DNA of 64,000 bases from an uncultured archaeon (GCA_964342815.1 CAYFHS010000010.1:58379-122378), one strand, 5' to 3'; shown: positions 49,801 through 58,147, numbered from the stretch's first letter. Numbers and translations are program-made. Notes: generated from the letters alone by a model not told the origin.

Positions 49801-50128
49801 ATCTACTACTACCTCTGTTCCTGATAAGAAATTGGTGATATCCGATAGCGAGGAAGACAAGAACGATCGCATAGATAATGAGTCGATACTGCCGGATGTA
49901 AATGTCGCAGAGGAAATAGTAAATGATCCAGTTGCTGAAGATCAGGATGAAAAGAAATCCGAAGGGGAAGGGGTGAATGAAATGGTAGCGGAATCACCTG
50001 CTCAAGATCAAAACGACGAGAGGACCAGGGACGATGGTGATGCTACAAAATCTGATCCGGAAACAAAAAAAGAACCTTCATCCGACATTGATGATATTTT
50101 GGGAGATCTCGACACACTTTTCGACTGA
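43886..50128 (+). CDS. Giant single-pass surface protein (2080 aa): NosD/CASH parallel beta-helix repeats, Ig-like repeats, PKD, Asp/Thr linker, TM, cytoplasmic Pro-rich, Zn-finger, helical and acidic tail
   Basis: Signal peptide; TIQAAVNAANPGDVIKI; many GI.L..S.NN.I.NN.C repeats; duplicated HWN.H.ID..N.VNG.P..YWKN block; DNDAPIADAG PKD; TM plus RKK; CTSC..CGSC. Confidence 0.92.
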   Translation: MITCKRWVIILIGLMVVGNVLAVIEVPFLNRLSPLFETSAAVIEVDFQGNKDHRTIQAAVNAANPGDVIKIWSGGYRESVIINKTLTLISAGNVPTIIDGQNRGYAVKITSNWVNISGFTIKTAHWLGYGIIVDHAEQCKINDTFFENNINAVWINSSNNNTICNNTASKQPFGNSAKGIYLTEAKDNIIINNTFSIGYPLILLNSSNNALKDNLFSSATGGIQLESSHSNTISNNIINSTKYSVRVDSSNDNKFINNTCNSNVRYESYEGIILLNSKNCTLRLNNLTESDVTIEGDAVEHWNTHNIDTSNNVNGNPLHYWKNKDSGTIPLGAGQVILANCTNVIVENQNISNASKAIQLGYSNGNLIRNITSNSNYLNMISLNNSDNNTICDSNFNSIQKYPVYIENSENNSIYNNTCKVAALGIQLWYFSNYNKIYNNTLSSNIVNSYGIYLVSNSNNNSIYSNNCSSMRDGLQIDHSSGNDIFNNSLTSNSESGIFLSSSWRNCRGDDNIIRNNYCKSNKYGILVVSKGKNEKNNSIYNNTCILNQRGIYIFTTSGPNYIKKNNCSSNDYGIYLNDAGNNTIFNNTCNSNNNYGIYMSLSSNDNIVENNNCILNKVHGITLKTSSKNKLFNNTCTSNQKYGISVEDNSNNNTITNNTCNSNNRGGIYLGNLHLNKIDNNTCNSNIFTGIELDASTYNDILRNTLNFNGYGMYFSRAHRNYLFNNTCVSNAATGIHLYRSERNVLVNNTCVSNRNSGIFLSNADWNTFFNNTCNLHSSSGIAASSADYNIFIGNILENNDRAGIDISSSISNTLSNNIMNNNGISISGSSSIRWDSHSIDNTNIVNGKPVYYWKNKNGGKVPAGAGQIIIVKSNGVVVDNQNLSNSSYGVLLAYSNGITVSNTTTNGNYVGIKLYWSQINIIENNICLSNMYSGISLEYSDSSILYNNTCNLNNFGIIMDETEYSNLSKNICNSNENYGIYFHDSDNNNLYYNICNLNNRSGIYLYDYSNKNNIENNTCNLNHDGIDLLKSSTNYIAYNTLDTNTHYGINIRTTSSNNLIYHNTFLYNNQGNIQANDNGTNNRYSTFGEGNFWIDYRLRYPAAINNGNVWNTPYELDGTQLSRDGYPLLFIRTDREFPRLIDENSQKNGTTGDTMEINITCADNFGIYSAYVNWTHGALGGNVSLNRIGGFWKGIFYIDHALENLSYVIYVKDIGNNTLKSSMQTVPVFDNDKPFIELDNSPNIGFTGDAFHFNISASDNIEVGSMFINWSYSNRAGNLSLIRNDDFWHGIIMFDHNLSNLAYTIYVFDHSNNFIFSSEQVVPVLDNDPPTLLKDNTPLTPTTGDEFPFSCNFTDNINLSSVNVIYTFDFQSYFNLSMGNIEDEKWFLSINIEPWASRLAYQFYLVDNVSNHNFTDVRTLIIHDNDPPNLLIEHTSNETTTGDNFTFSVLLEDNIGIESAVVNYTFDGSNRFSSPLNLTETGFWKNTIVIPSNSTKLEYYFLFEDTASNVNWSSVTKLIVLDNDAPIADAGDDMSIRFGDEVVLNGSDSSDNIGVVNYTWSFVYKGNHVRLHGQIQYFVFDRLGNFSISLIVADDYGNWAKDTLNILVIVWNTSDDDTEDDDTEDDDTDDDDTDDDDIEDDTDDDTDDDTDDTDDDDTSNQDSDSSSQLPVWIVIPLILLAIIVVVFIILVVVRKKPKEKTSSLEDTVPAEDTTIIEETPIVDTSPEITTTALPPSPPDEDDADKQSPPVPSPICTSCGNPSDYYPDNDCFWCGSCQSYVLPEIRDEQVSQPAPPAPPGDTPFPPPPIESSPLPPPPSHEFPPADIDDLDHERKGETVLEEYNATKEMLEKAPSFIDVTESLEILERSRNEIENRKFDKASNSIRESKNMANGIRERYGALVDRSTLILKELKELQEQGNDMTSVIDLLTRGKGALNTGDFSLCGEHLNDASRIMDEIREKGIGESEDGGSTTTSVPDKKLVISDSEEDKNDRIDNESILPDVNVAEEIVNDPVAEDQDEKKSEGEGVNEMVAESPAQDQNDERTRDDGDATKSDPETKKEPSSDIDDILGDLDTLFD
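48734..48865 (+). repeat. Asp/Thr low-complexity repeat (44 aa, DDDTE/DDTD units) just before the TM helix
   Basis: gacgacgacacagag and gatgatgacacagat units are visible directly. Confidence 0.95.
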
Positions 50129-50136
50129 ATGAAAAA

Positions 50137-50379
50137 TCATTCCTCGTCAAGTGCCTCTTTTTCCCTGGCCCTGTACAGAAGTAATCCGAAGAGACCGAAA
50201 AGCACGATTACTATGGTGATGGCGTATAATCCCACGTCCGTCAGCGCGTTCCATAGTGATACATCCCCGTAAGCCACAGCTATAAAAACCCAAGTAAAAT
50301 AAATGCCCAAACCTAGGACCAGCAGTAGAATGAACATCATTTTTCCTACGAAAAATCGCTTTTTTGCTTCTTCCGTCAT
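50137..50379 (-). CDS. Small two-TM membrane protein (~80 aa)
   Basis: MTEEAKKRFFVGKMMFILLLVLGLGIYFTWVF...DVGLYAITIVIVLFGLFGLLLYRAREKEALDEE. The start was taken at ATG 50379, which avoids overlap with the neighbouring gene. Confidence 0.75.
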   Translation of the reverse strand: MTEEAKKRFFVGKMMFILLLVLGLGIYFTWVFIAVAYGDVSLWNALTDVGLYAITIVIVLFGLFGLLLYRAREKEALDEE

Positions 50380-50441
50380 GGGATTCCCCCGATTCCACCG
50401 CTGATAAATAAAACTTTTTCTCTGGAGATTCTCTGGGAAAT

Positions 50442-53400
50442 TCAACTTACCTCCACCGCGGCCCCGCAGCTGTCGCATACGGTGACGAATGGGCGCTCCT
50501 TGCTGGTAACATTGATAGGTGCCCTGCAGATGTGGCAGAGAACCGTTTCCTTTGGTGTAATTATCACGGGTTTGGGTGACTCAGGTTTGATAACCGGTAT
50601 ACTATCGTCCGATTCATATTTCTCGATGACGGCCAATTTGTCTTCCACGACATCGTCCAGTCCCCTTTTGAAAATATCGTCCAGCGTACCGCCATAGGCC
50701 GGCCCCACACCCGCCGGCTCCAGCTCACCCGTGTTCTCCTGACCCCCTTCACCGTAATAACCGGACGCCGAAGGAGCGGCGAAGGGAGAAGGCGGTGCTA
50801 CGGGGGGTGCGCCGCCAACTGAGTAGGGCGTGGGTGCGTATGGAAAACCGTAACCGGCCTTACCGGTTTCCGGCCCCAGTGCGTAATCGGGCTGAGCAGG
50901 TTGAAAGGCACCCGGGGTAGGTGCTCCAGGCATTGAATACGGCGAATAGGAGGGATAGGGTAAGAATCCAGGCTGCTCTGGTTCGCTTGGCGATACACGT
51001 CCGGCGGCAGCTGCATCGGAAGGCGCAGGTGGAAGGGCCAGCGGTGCCTGGGATACAGTTGTCTGGAAAGGATTGTAGAAAGCGGGAGGAGTGTATGTCT
51101 GATAAGGCTGCGGACCGGGCGGAAGGGCTCTCTGTGCCATTGGCATGCTCCCGCCGCCAACGCTGCTTGGAGGCAAAGCCGGGTAAGCACCTTGGCCATA
51201 GGCATAGGAGCTGTACTGCGGCATGTAGGTGGTAATAATGTTCTGAAGGGCCGCGAGCTGCTGCTGAAGTTGTTGAGCGTAGGGATCGGTATAACCTCCA
51301 TAAGGTGCAGGGGCCCCGTATCCCATGGTTTCCTCCTCGAACTCGTCTCCGTCATATGAGGACATCTTGTAGAATATGAAAAATCCAATGCCGCCTATGA
51401 ACATCACTACAAAAACGGCAATTACAACCCACACCCAGGTGTCGATACCCCCACTACCCGTGTCTGTTTGCCGAACCTTAGGAGTAAGTTTCTGGGTCTG
51501 TGAACCATTGCCCCCCACCGCACCTGTGACCGTATCGAAGGGCCTGGAATGAAGATCCTCGCCGTTCACCTGAAGCTGAAGATTGGCTACGGACTCAACC
51601 GTCCAGACATACGAGAGTACCTTTTCAGCATTTACCCCCAATTCGCTGATCTTCCATTTTTTTATTATCTCAGAACTCTGCATCTCATCTTCGTTCGGTT
51701 TGATCTTGTTATTGTAGAGGATCACTTCCACGTTCGTTGCAATTCCGGTCCCACTGTTCTTGACCTGTACCGTAATATCCACATCTTCCTCGATGTAAAG
51801 CTTCCCGTCCCCTATGGGTAATATCCATGCATCGATCTTTGGGAATTTCACCTCTTCCACGAAGATAGTGACTGTCTTCTTTACTGTATTGGTGCCGTCG
51901 CTGGCCGTAACCGTGATGGTATGCTCCCCCAGGCTGAGGCCCGCCTTATGGTACACCTTTTCCCCTGTCTGCAGGTCTCCGTCCCGATCGGATTTCCAGA
52001 AAAAGCTCAATTTCGGGCCGTCTTTTGGGTCAACATCAGTTGTATTGCTGGCATCCAGAAGCAGTTCGGTGGCGGTGTCTATTACCAGTCCCTCACGGGG
52101 ATGGCTTATTGTCACTTCCGGCGGTGTGTTCTGGATCTCCACAGAATAGATGCCCACGACGCCATCAATGATCCCATCGTTGGGCGTTACCCTTGCTTCC
52201 CACCTCTGCCCAGCCTCCAGCTTGCTTTTCGGGATGACGTATTTACCCGAGAATTCCTTCTTTATCTTGTCGTCCAGATACCATTCTATCGTTTCCTTTA
52301 CATTATCTCCGTCGGGATCCTTGGACTTTTCAGTAATCTCCAGCTCCAGGTTCTGGGTTATGGTTGGCTCACTGGGTGTGATGGACAGTACGGGTTCCAG
52401 GGGTTGGTAGTTGACCACGGTGAACCTGTGCTCTACGGTCCTGGACCTTCCGCTGAAACCGTCATCAGCATATATCTCCAGGAAATAAACATTTTCGCTC
52501 TTTCCATTCGAATATTGGGCGGAGTATTTCAGTGGTTGGTTATTCAGATAATATAATGCCTGGCTGGTGCTAACCGATGCTATATCACTCCCGTGATAGG
52601 TGGTCCCGATGGTCAAGTGATATGTGATATCGTCATCTTCCTCATCACTGGAGGGATACCAGGAGATGTCCGGTGTAAGAGAATGGGTCTCGACGGGCTG
52701 TATCTGGCCGGGCTCTGTTGGATCGCTGTTCTCCGTCACTTTCAGCGTTATGGTTGAGTCCTCCGTTTCGGGGGACCATAATCCCTTGCTGTCCTTTACC
52801 CGAAAAATTATCTCGTGCGAGCCCGTTGATAGATCGGATATCTTGAAGTTCTTTTCCTCCGATATGACATGGTCGATGGAAGATTTCCACTCGTACTGTA
52901 CTATGGAATCTCCATCCACCGGGTCCTCGCCCTTTCCCTTGAACTCAACCTCGACACCCTGCCTTGCAGGATTCGGGCGTACCGTAAGAATCTCTCCAAC
53001 AGGATACGAGTTAGTGTAGAATTTCCAATCCGAGTAGGGACCCCAGCCGTCCTCATCATGGGATTTTACGGCCCAGTAATAGGTTTTTCCCATTACAAGG
53101 GGAATGTCGAGCGAGGTTCCTGCGACAGCGCCGTTATATATATTTGCCTGTGCCTGGTCACTGTAAACCGGCCCTTCAGTTGACACTTTGACCCAGCTTT
53201 GGTCTATTTCCTTGTGATCACCCCTGTATATTGCCTGTTGCGCCCAAAGCAAGCTGACCGTATCACCCACCAATCCCTTGGCATTATTGGCAGGGGTTGG
53301 GTTCACTGGTGCACCCGGTGGATGGACCGAACGGCTTTCATTCGGTGAAGGACTGCTGAAAACCAAGGCAGCTAGTCCGTATGAGGATAGGAACAGGAAA

Positions 53401-53450
53401 ACAACCATGAATAAGGCTTTGAACTTCATACTGCAAGCATCATTGCTCAT
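50442..53450 (-). CDS. Single-pass surface protein (1002 aa): FN3/PKD/CARDB-like ectodomain, TM, Pro/Tyr/Gly-rich tail with LDDIF and a C-terminal Zn ribbon
   Basis: Signal peptide; GKTYYWAVKS.D, YEWKSSID..G.HEI.FRVKD, ITVQVKNSGTG.A.NV; TM; ends CHIC..ERPF..CDSCG. Confidence 0.9.
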   Translation of the reverse strand: MSNDACSMKFKALFMVVFLFLSSYGLAALVFSSPSPNESRSVHPPGAPVNPTPANNAKGLVGDTVSLLWAQQAIYRGDHKEIDQSWVKVSTEGPVYSDQAQANIYNGAVAGTSLDIPLVMGKTYYWAVKSHDEDGWGPYSDWKFYTNSYPVGEILTVRPNPARQGVEVEFKGKGEDPVDGDSIVQYEWKSSIDHVISEEKNFKISDLSTGSHEIIFRVKDSKGLWSPETEDSTITLKVTENSDPTEPGQIQPVETHSLTPDISWYPSSDEEDDDITYHLTIGTTYHGSDIASVSTSQALYYLNNQPLKYSAQYSNGKSENVYFLEIYADDGFSGRSRTVEHRFTVVNYQPLEPVLSITPSEPTITQNLELEITEKSKDPDGDNVKETIEWYLDDKIKKEFSGKYVIPKSKLEAGQRWEARVTPNDGIIDGVVGIYSVEIQNTPPEVTISHPREGLVIDTATELLLDASNTTDVDPKDGPKLSFFWKSDRDGDLQTGEKVYHKAGLSLGEHTITVTASDGTNTVKKTVTIFVEEVKFPKIDAWILPIGDGKLYIEEDVDITVQVKNSGTGIATNVEVILYNNKIKPNEDEMQSSEIIKKWKISELGVNAEKVLSYVWTVESVANLQLQVNGEDLHSRPFDTVTGAVGGNGSQTQKLTPKVRQTDTGSGGIDTWVWVVIAVFVVMFIGGIGFFIFYKMSSYDGDEFEEETMGYGAPAPYGGYTDPYAQQLQQQLAALQNIITTYMPQYSSYAYGQGAYPALPPSSVGGGSMPMAQRALPPGPQPYQTYTPPAFYNPFQTTVSQAPLALPPAPSDAAAAGRVSPSEPEQPGFLPYPSYSPYSMPGAPTPGAFQPAQPDYALGPETGKAGYGFPYAPTPYSVGGAPPVAPPSPFAAPSASGYYGEGGQENTGELEPAGVGPAYGGTLDDIFKRGLDDVVEDKLAVIEKYESDDSIPVIKPESPKPVIITPKETVLCHICRAPINVTSKERPFVTVCDSCGAAVEVS

Positions 53451-53644
53451 CTGAATACCTCTGTCATATTTTTGGTGTGAATAATCTAGTTCGTCATATA
53501 ATTTAATGTCAGGTAATAAAATGTGTTAGAATTTTACTAATGGTATGGAATCGACAGTCTCGTTATACCGATTAACTATAATAAAAGGTTTTGGGTGTGT
53601 TGTGCGAGAATATCTGCTTTGAGTGCCAATGGTTTCAGTGTCCC

Positions 53645-54937
53645 TCATCTGTGGTCCATGTGATTTGCCACCGCGTCAGTCATCTTCAAACCCGAAATAA
53701 CCTCCCCGACATCGTGCACCCTGAGCATGTCCGCCCCGGCAAATGCTGCAAGAGCCGATACAGCCACCGTCCCGCTCAGTCTTTCCTCCATTTGCCTTCC
53801 GGTTAATTGACCAATGAAACCTTTTCTTGATGGGCCTATGAGCACAGGATAGCCGAGAGATGAAAATGAGCCAATACATCGTATGATCTCAAGATTATCG
53901 CACAACCGCTTGCCAAAACCTATCCCGGGATCAACCATTATTTTATCTTTCGGAATCCCGGCTTCCACGGCTTCACGGGTCCGATCCAATAGAAATAGAT
54001 ATATCTCCTTTATCACGTCATTGTAATGGGGATCCGACTGCATGTCTGACGGTGTCCCCTTCATGTGCATCAGTACGACACTGGCATCGTACTGCCTAAT
54101 GACCTCGGCCATATCTTCATTATAGCGCAAGGCATAGATGTCGTTGACAATGTGAGCCCCTGCTTCCAGAGCCCTCTGGGCCACCTCGCTTTTGTATGTA
54201 TCCACGGAGATAAGACAATCGGTTCTCTTTCTGAGTTCTTCTATTACAGGTATTATGCGGTCCAGTTCTTCGTTTACAGACACGGCTGATGAGAAGGGTC
54301 GTGATGATTCGCCGCCAACATCTATTATATCCGCACCTTCCTCTACCATTTTCAATCCCTGATTCAAGGCGGTCTCCATTGATAGGAATTTACCTCCGTC
54401 AGAAAAGGAATCGGGTGTCACGTTCAGTATACCCATCACCTTTGCAGGCGGGAATCCCAAAGTTCGTCCTCCCGCTCTGAATGTACATCTTTCCTTTTTT
54501 TCCAAGCTCTCCATCAACGCCGCAATTCCCGAGCCCACGGATGGAAGTGAGAACGGCTGTGCCTTTAGCTTGCGTGACAGTTTCACCAGCTGTTTTTGAG
54601 TCCCCTCGAGGACGACGTCTCCTCTGCTATCCAGGTCCCTCAAGGATTTTTCGGCGACACAAGCCTCGCCCCCAAGTGACAGCATGTCCTGTTTCAGCAT
54701 TATAGCCTCCCTTGCAGTGATGTCCGGAACCTTGAGAACCTCGTGGATGAATTTACTCTTCATGATACCCAGGCCCTGTTCACTGCAGCCAGTCAGGCGC
54801 AGATATTCTTCAGCCTCCTGGAGGCTAAGGGCCGGGAGACGGAATACGGGGTATGGGCTTTCTCCTTTTTCGTCCCGTCCTTCGGTGGACCATTCAAAAT
54901 TTACGTTCTTTCGTTTCTCAACGCTCTTTGCAGGCAT
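53645..54937 (-). CDS. folP: Dihydropteroate synthase with N-terminal extension
   Basis: VMGILNVTPDSFSDGG, IIDVGGESSRP, ISVDTY, VLMHMKG, DPGIGFGK, SRKGFIG, LRVHDV; N-terminal LKQDMLSLGGEA block. Confidence 0.96.
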   Translation of the reverse strand: MPAKSVEKRKNVNFEWSTEGRDEKGESPYPVFRLPALSLQEAEEYLRLTGCSEQGLGIMKSKFIHEVLKVPDITAREAIMLKQDMLSLGGEACVAEKSLRDLDSRGDVVLEGTQKQLVKLSRKLKAQPFSLPSVGSGIAALMESLEKKERCTFRAGGRTLGFPPAKVMGILNVTPDSFSDGGKFLSMETALNQGLKMVEEGADIIDVGGESSRPFSSAVSVNEELDRIIPVIEELRKRTDCLISVDTYKSEVAQRALEAGAHIVNDIYALRYNEDMAEVIRQYDASVVLMHMKGTPSDMQSDPHYNDVIKEIYLFLLDRTREAVEAGIPKDKIMVDPGIGFGKRLCDNLEIIRCIGSFSSLGYPVLIGPSRKGFIGQLTGRQMEERLSGTVAVSALAAFAGADMLRVHDVGEVISGLKMTDAVANHMDHR

Positions 54938-54978
54938 TTACTACCACCCAACCTTCTTGAACTTCGCATCGTGCGAAT

Positions 54979-56421
54979 CTATATCTCGATTGTCATACGG
55001 TATTTCCTTAACATATCGACATAAGTTGATAATGAATAAATGGATCCGGCAATGACCAGGATATCGTATCCTGTGGTGTTGATAAGCGCGGTCTTAACTG
55101 CATTCTCCGGTCGTGAAAACACACTGTAATTTCTCACTCTTTTATTTTCCCGAGCTACACCGCCGATTTCTTTCTCCCCTTCTGCAATGGTTTCAGCCGC
55201 TATCATCGCAAGATCCTTGACTTTTGCACTTCTTTCAAGGGGCAATTCCGAAATAAATACATTGGTTGCCACACTGAATATCTCCCTTAACATTCCTGTG
55301 ATGTCCTTATCTCCCATGAAACTGCAGATCCAGTTGATCTTTCTATGAAAATTAATACCCTGCTGCGAATCAATTTCTCTCTTCTCATGAAGCAATGAAC
55401 GCAAGGCCCTAGCAAGCTCACCCATTCCCGACGGGTTATGGGCGCAATCCAGTATCATCTGGGGCGACTCCAATACCGATTGGAACCTGCCCGTAAGGGA
55501 AAATCCGCTCAAGGTCTGGCGAATATGTTCCGCTGAAACAACGAATCCCTCCTTGCGGCCCAAAACCTCTAAGGCGATAACGGCAAGAGAAGCATTCACG
55601 GCCTGATACCGGCCACCATGCACCCTGAGACCTTGCATGGAACGAAGTGAGAATGGATTCTCATTTCCTTCAGGCAGAAGCTCAAGATCGAATGTGGTGA
55701 AATTACCCCGGGATTCAGTTATATTTACCGTGAAATCCTTACCGTTCACTATCCTTATAGAAGAAAGTGCGCGCGATTTTTTCTCCAGATACTCGTATCC
55801 GTCCTGGTCCGGTGACTGGCCCAGCAGCGTTACCGAATCTTTCCTTGTGATGCCGAGCTTTTCACGAGCTATAGCCTCCACGGTCTTTCCCAAATGATCT
55901 GTGTGATCAAGGGTAACGTTGGTAATGATGGAAATAACCGGCTCTGCGACATTGGTTGCATCGAACCTCCCCCCCATTCCCACTTCTATCACGGCTATTT
56001 CAACCTCATTTCTGGAAAAATAGATGTAAGCCAATGCGGTCATGGCCTCGAACTGTGTAATTGGTATTTCAAGACTTCGTGATTTGTCACGGATCTCAAG
56101 CATTCCTTGATGAAGTTCGTCCAATGATATTCGTTTGTCATCTATTCCTATACGTTCATCCAATGAGAAAATATGAGGTGACAGATAACGCCCACATCTA
56201 TAACCAGACCCGGTGAGCAGGGAAGAAAGAATTGTTGTAACCGATCCTTTACCATTAGTTCCTCCCACTAGAACAGTTGTGAATTGCCGGTGAGGATCTC
56301 CGAAAATCTTCAGCAATTCCCGAACTCTATCGAGGGAGAGATCGATTCCGAACTTTGCAAGGTAATTATAATAGTCGATTCCCTCGCGAACACCATCCGT
56401 CTCAAACCTTGCTGGTGACAT
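54979..56421 (-). CDS. folC: Bifunctional folylpolyglutamate synthase / dihydrofolate synthase
   Basis: VGGTNGKGSV, YLSPHI, FEAMT, EVGMGGRFDATNV, LDHTDHLG, LDCAHNP, GSIY. Confidence 0.95.
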   Translation of the reverse strand: MSPARFETDGVREGIDYYNYLAKFGIDLSLDRVRELLKIFGDPHRQFTTVLVGGTNGKGSVTTILSSLLTGSGYRCGRYLSPHIFSLDERIGIDDKRISLDELHQGMLEIRDKSRSLEIPITQFEAMTALAYIYFSRNEVEIAVIEVGMGGRFDATNVAEPVISIITNVTLDHTDHLGKTVEAIAREKLGITRKDSVTLLGQSPDQDGYEYLEKKSRALSSIRIVNGKDFTVNITESRGNFTTFDLELLPEGNENPFSLRSMQGLRVHGGRYQAVNASLAVIALEVLGRKEGFVVSAEHIRQTLSGFSLTGRFQSVLESPQMILDCAHNPSGMGELARALRSLLHEKREIDSQQGINFHRKINWICSFMGDKDITGMLREIFSVATNVFISELPLERSAKVKDLAMIAAETIAEGEKEIGGVARENKRVRNYSVFSRPENAVKTALINTTGYDILVIAGSIYSLSTYVDMLRKYRMTIEI

Positions 56422-56600
56422 GGAAGCATCTAAGGATATAACGATGTTGTATATGTTGCTTATTATATATTAAGCGGTATCTGCATTTAAAGATGAAATG
56501 TTCGCGGCTTTGAATTTTTTTGAAGAACCGGTTCTATCAGACTTTATTAAAATCGACAATGGAATGCAGGCTGATACGAGTAGAGAATAAATCGAAAAAA

Positions 56601-56774
56601 TCAGTAGAGTATGGTGTCTTCGAACTCTTCCAGAAGATCTGTAATCAGTTCTCTAAGCATTTCGCTGTATGTAGGTGCACGATACTCTCTAATACCACCG
56701 AGATCCGACTGGACCCGGCTCACCATTTCCCCTTGTTCACTGTATATCTCGATTGTGACGAGCGGCTCTTCCAT
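56601..56774 (-). CDS. Small acidic hypothetical protein (57 aa), below the ORF-track cut-off
   Basis: AAGGTGA SD, then ATG; MEEPLVTIEIYSEQGEMVSRVQSDLGGIREYRAPTYSEMLRELITDLLEEFEDTILY-TGA. It is co-oriented between the permease and folC. Confidence 0.6.
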   Translation of the reverse strand: MEEPLVTIEIYSEQGEMVSRVQSDLGGIREYRAPTYSEMLRELITDLLEEFEDTILY

Positions 56775-56908
56775 GGATGCATCACCTTTGGAATATTCTG
56801 ACCGTATGCCGAACTAGTATTTTCGTTTTTCGTATTTCTTAGCCCTGAAATAATTGTCTAAAACGGGAAAGATTTTTCCATGATAATCATCAAAATCGAG
56901 TTCAAATC

Positions 56909-58147
56909 TCATGGTTTCCTCATGGCTTCGATAATCTCTAACCTGGCAGCCTTAACGGCAGGATAGAATGAGAATAGACAGCCGATAATAATGACGTAGA
57001 GAATACATCTAACAACCAACGGCAGACTGAACGAGGTTATTTCCATTTCCACCCCGTACTTTGCACACATAAAATCGCTGATGTAATCCGAACCAAAATA
57101 ACCTGGAACGATACCAACACAGGCCCCCACAGCGATGAGTGTGAATGATTCCAGAAATACTTTACTGAAAATAGTTTTCTTTGATATGCCGATGGCTCTC
57201 AAAACACCAATTTCCTTCTGCTGTTCGTAAATGTTAATGACCATTATGCAGGCTACGAATAGCAGGCCGATCACTAGAGACACGGTTCCTGCAGAAGTGT
57301 AAAAAATGTCCGCTATATCACTTCGTTCCTCCACTCTGGCGAACTGATCGCTCTTGGTGAGGACAGAGTAAAAGGAGTAATCGGCTCTAAGATCCTGTGC
57401 AATGTCGTCGATTTTGGAGGGGTTCTTTTTATCATCCCTCACCGAGACTATTATTGATGTGACCTTGTCCTCAATCTCGCCTGTGTCGGATACCACGTGT
57501 GCGCCCACCAGAGATTGAAGTTCACTGAGATGCATGACGAGGATTCCCTGGAATATTTTGCCGAATATCCCCCCGCCAGATAAAGGCGATTTGAAGGTCC
57601 CGCTTATTGTGAAATTCTCCTCCAAGTTTTCGCTCCCAACGGAAAAAACATCTCCTTTTTGGGTCCCGATCCCCTCCACTAGATTGTCACTGATCAATAT
57701 CTCTCCGGTATATTCACCTTTATAAGAATCGTTGTAATGAGGGTCACCTGGTGTTTCGAACCATTCGTTGAACTTCATTTCCAGCCCGAACAGCCGGATT
57801 GACCTATCCCCCGCCAGGAATTGTTCCGTCTTCTCCGGGATGACGCCGATAGCCATCACGGGATACCATTTATTCTGGTATCTCAGACCCAGCGAAGATA
57901 CAAGCATGGGCGAGGCGAATGAAATATTTACCGTATCATTTTCCAACCTCTCAACGGCGTACCGGCCCTTGGGGATGCCTCCCTTGTATCCCATGGATGT
58001 AATGATGATATCCTGGTTCCCAGTCTCTATGGAAGCGGCATTGCGGGATCTCATTCCCTCCGTAATGGAAAGTATGGATATCAACAGTGAAGTTGATATC
58101 ATTACAGCGAGGATGGTCATAATATTGCGGCCCGGCCTTTTTGACAT
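56909..58147 (-). CDS. ABC transporter permease, FtsX/MacB/LolE-like
   Basis: R...TILAVMIS TM1, large extracytoplasmic domain, EIGVLRAIGISKK..VFLES, PA.KAARL.IIEAMR. Confidence 0.9.
   Translation of the reverse strand: MSKRPGRNIMTILAVMISTSLLISILSITEGMRSRNAASIETGNQDIIITSMGYKGGIPKGRYAVERLENDTVNISFASPMLVSSLGLRYQNKWYPVMAIGVIPEKTEQFLAGDRSIRLFGLEMKFNEWFETPGDPHYNDSYKGEYTGEILISDNLVEGIGTQKGDVFSVGSENLEENFTISGTFKSPLSGGGIFGKIFQGILVMHLSELQSLVGAHVVSDTGEIEDKVTSIIVSVRDDKKNPSKIDDIAQDLRADYSFYSVLTKSDQFARVEERSDIADIFYTSAGTVSLVIGLLFVACIMVINIYEQQKEIGVLRAIGISKKTIFSKVFLESFTLIAVGACVGIVPGYFGSDYISDFMCAKYGVEMEITSFSLPLVVRCILYVIIIGCLFSFYPAVKAARLEIIEAMRKP

Noticed and set aside
56520-56817. Track ORFs 56520..56801 (+) and 56611..56817 (-)
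   Set aside because: Neither has an SD or protein-like features. A third-frame 57 aa ORF with a strong SD (56601..56774) explains the region better.
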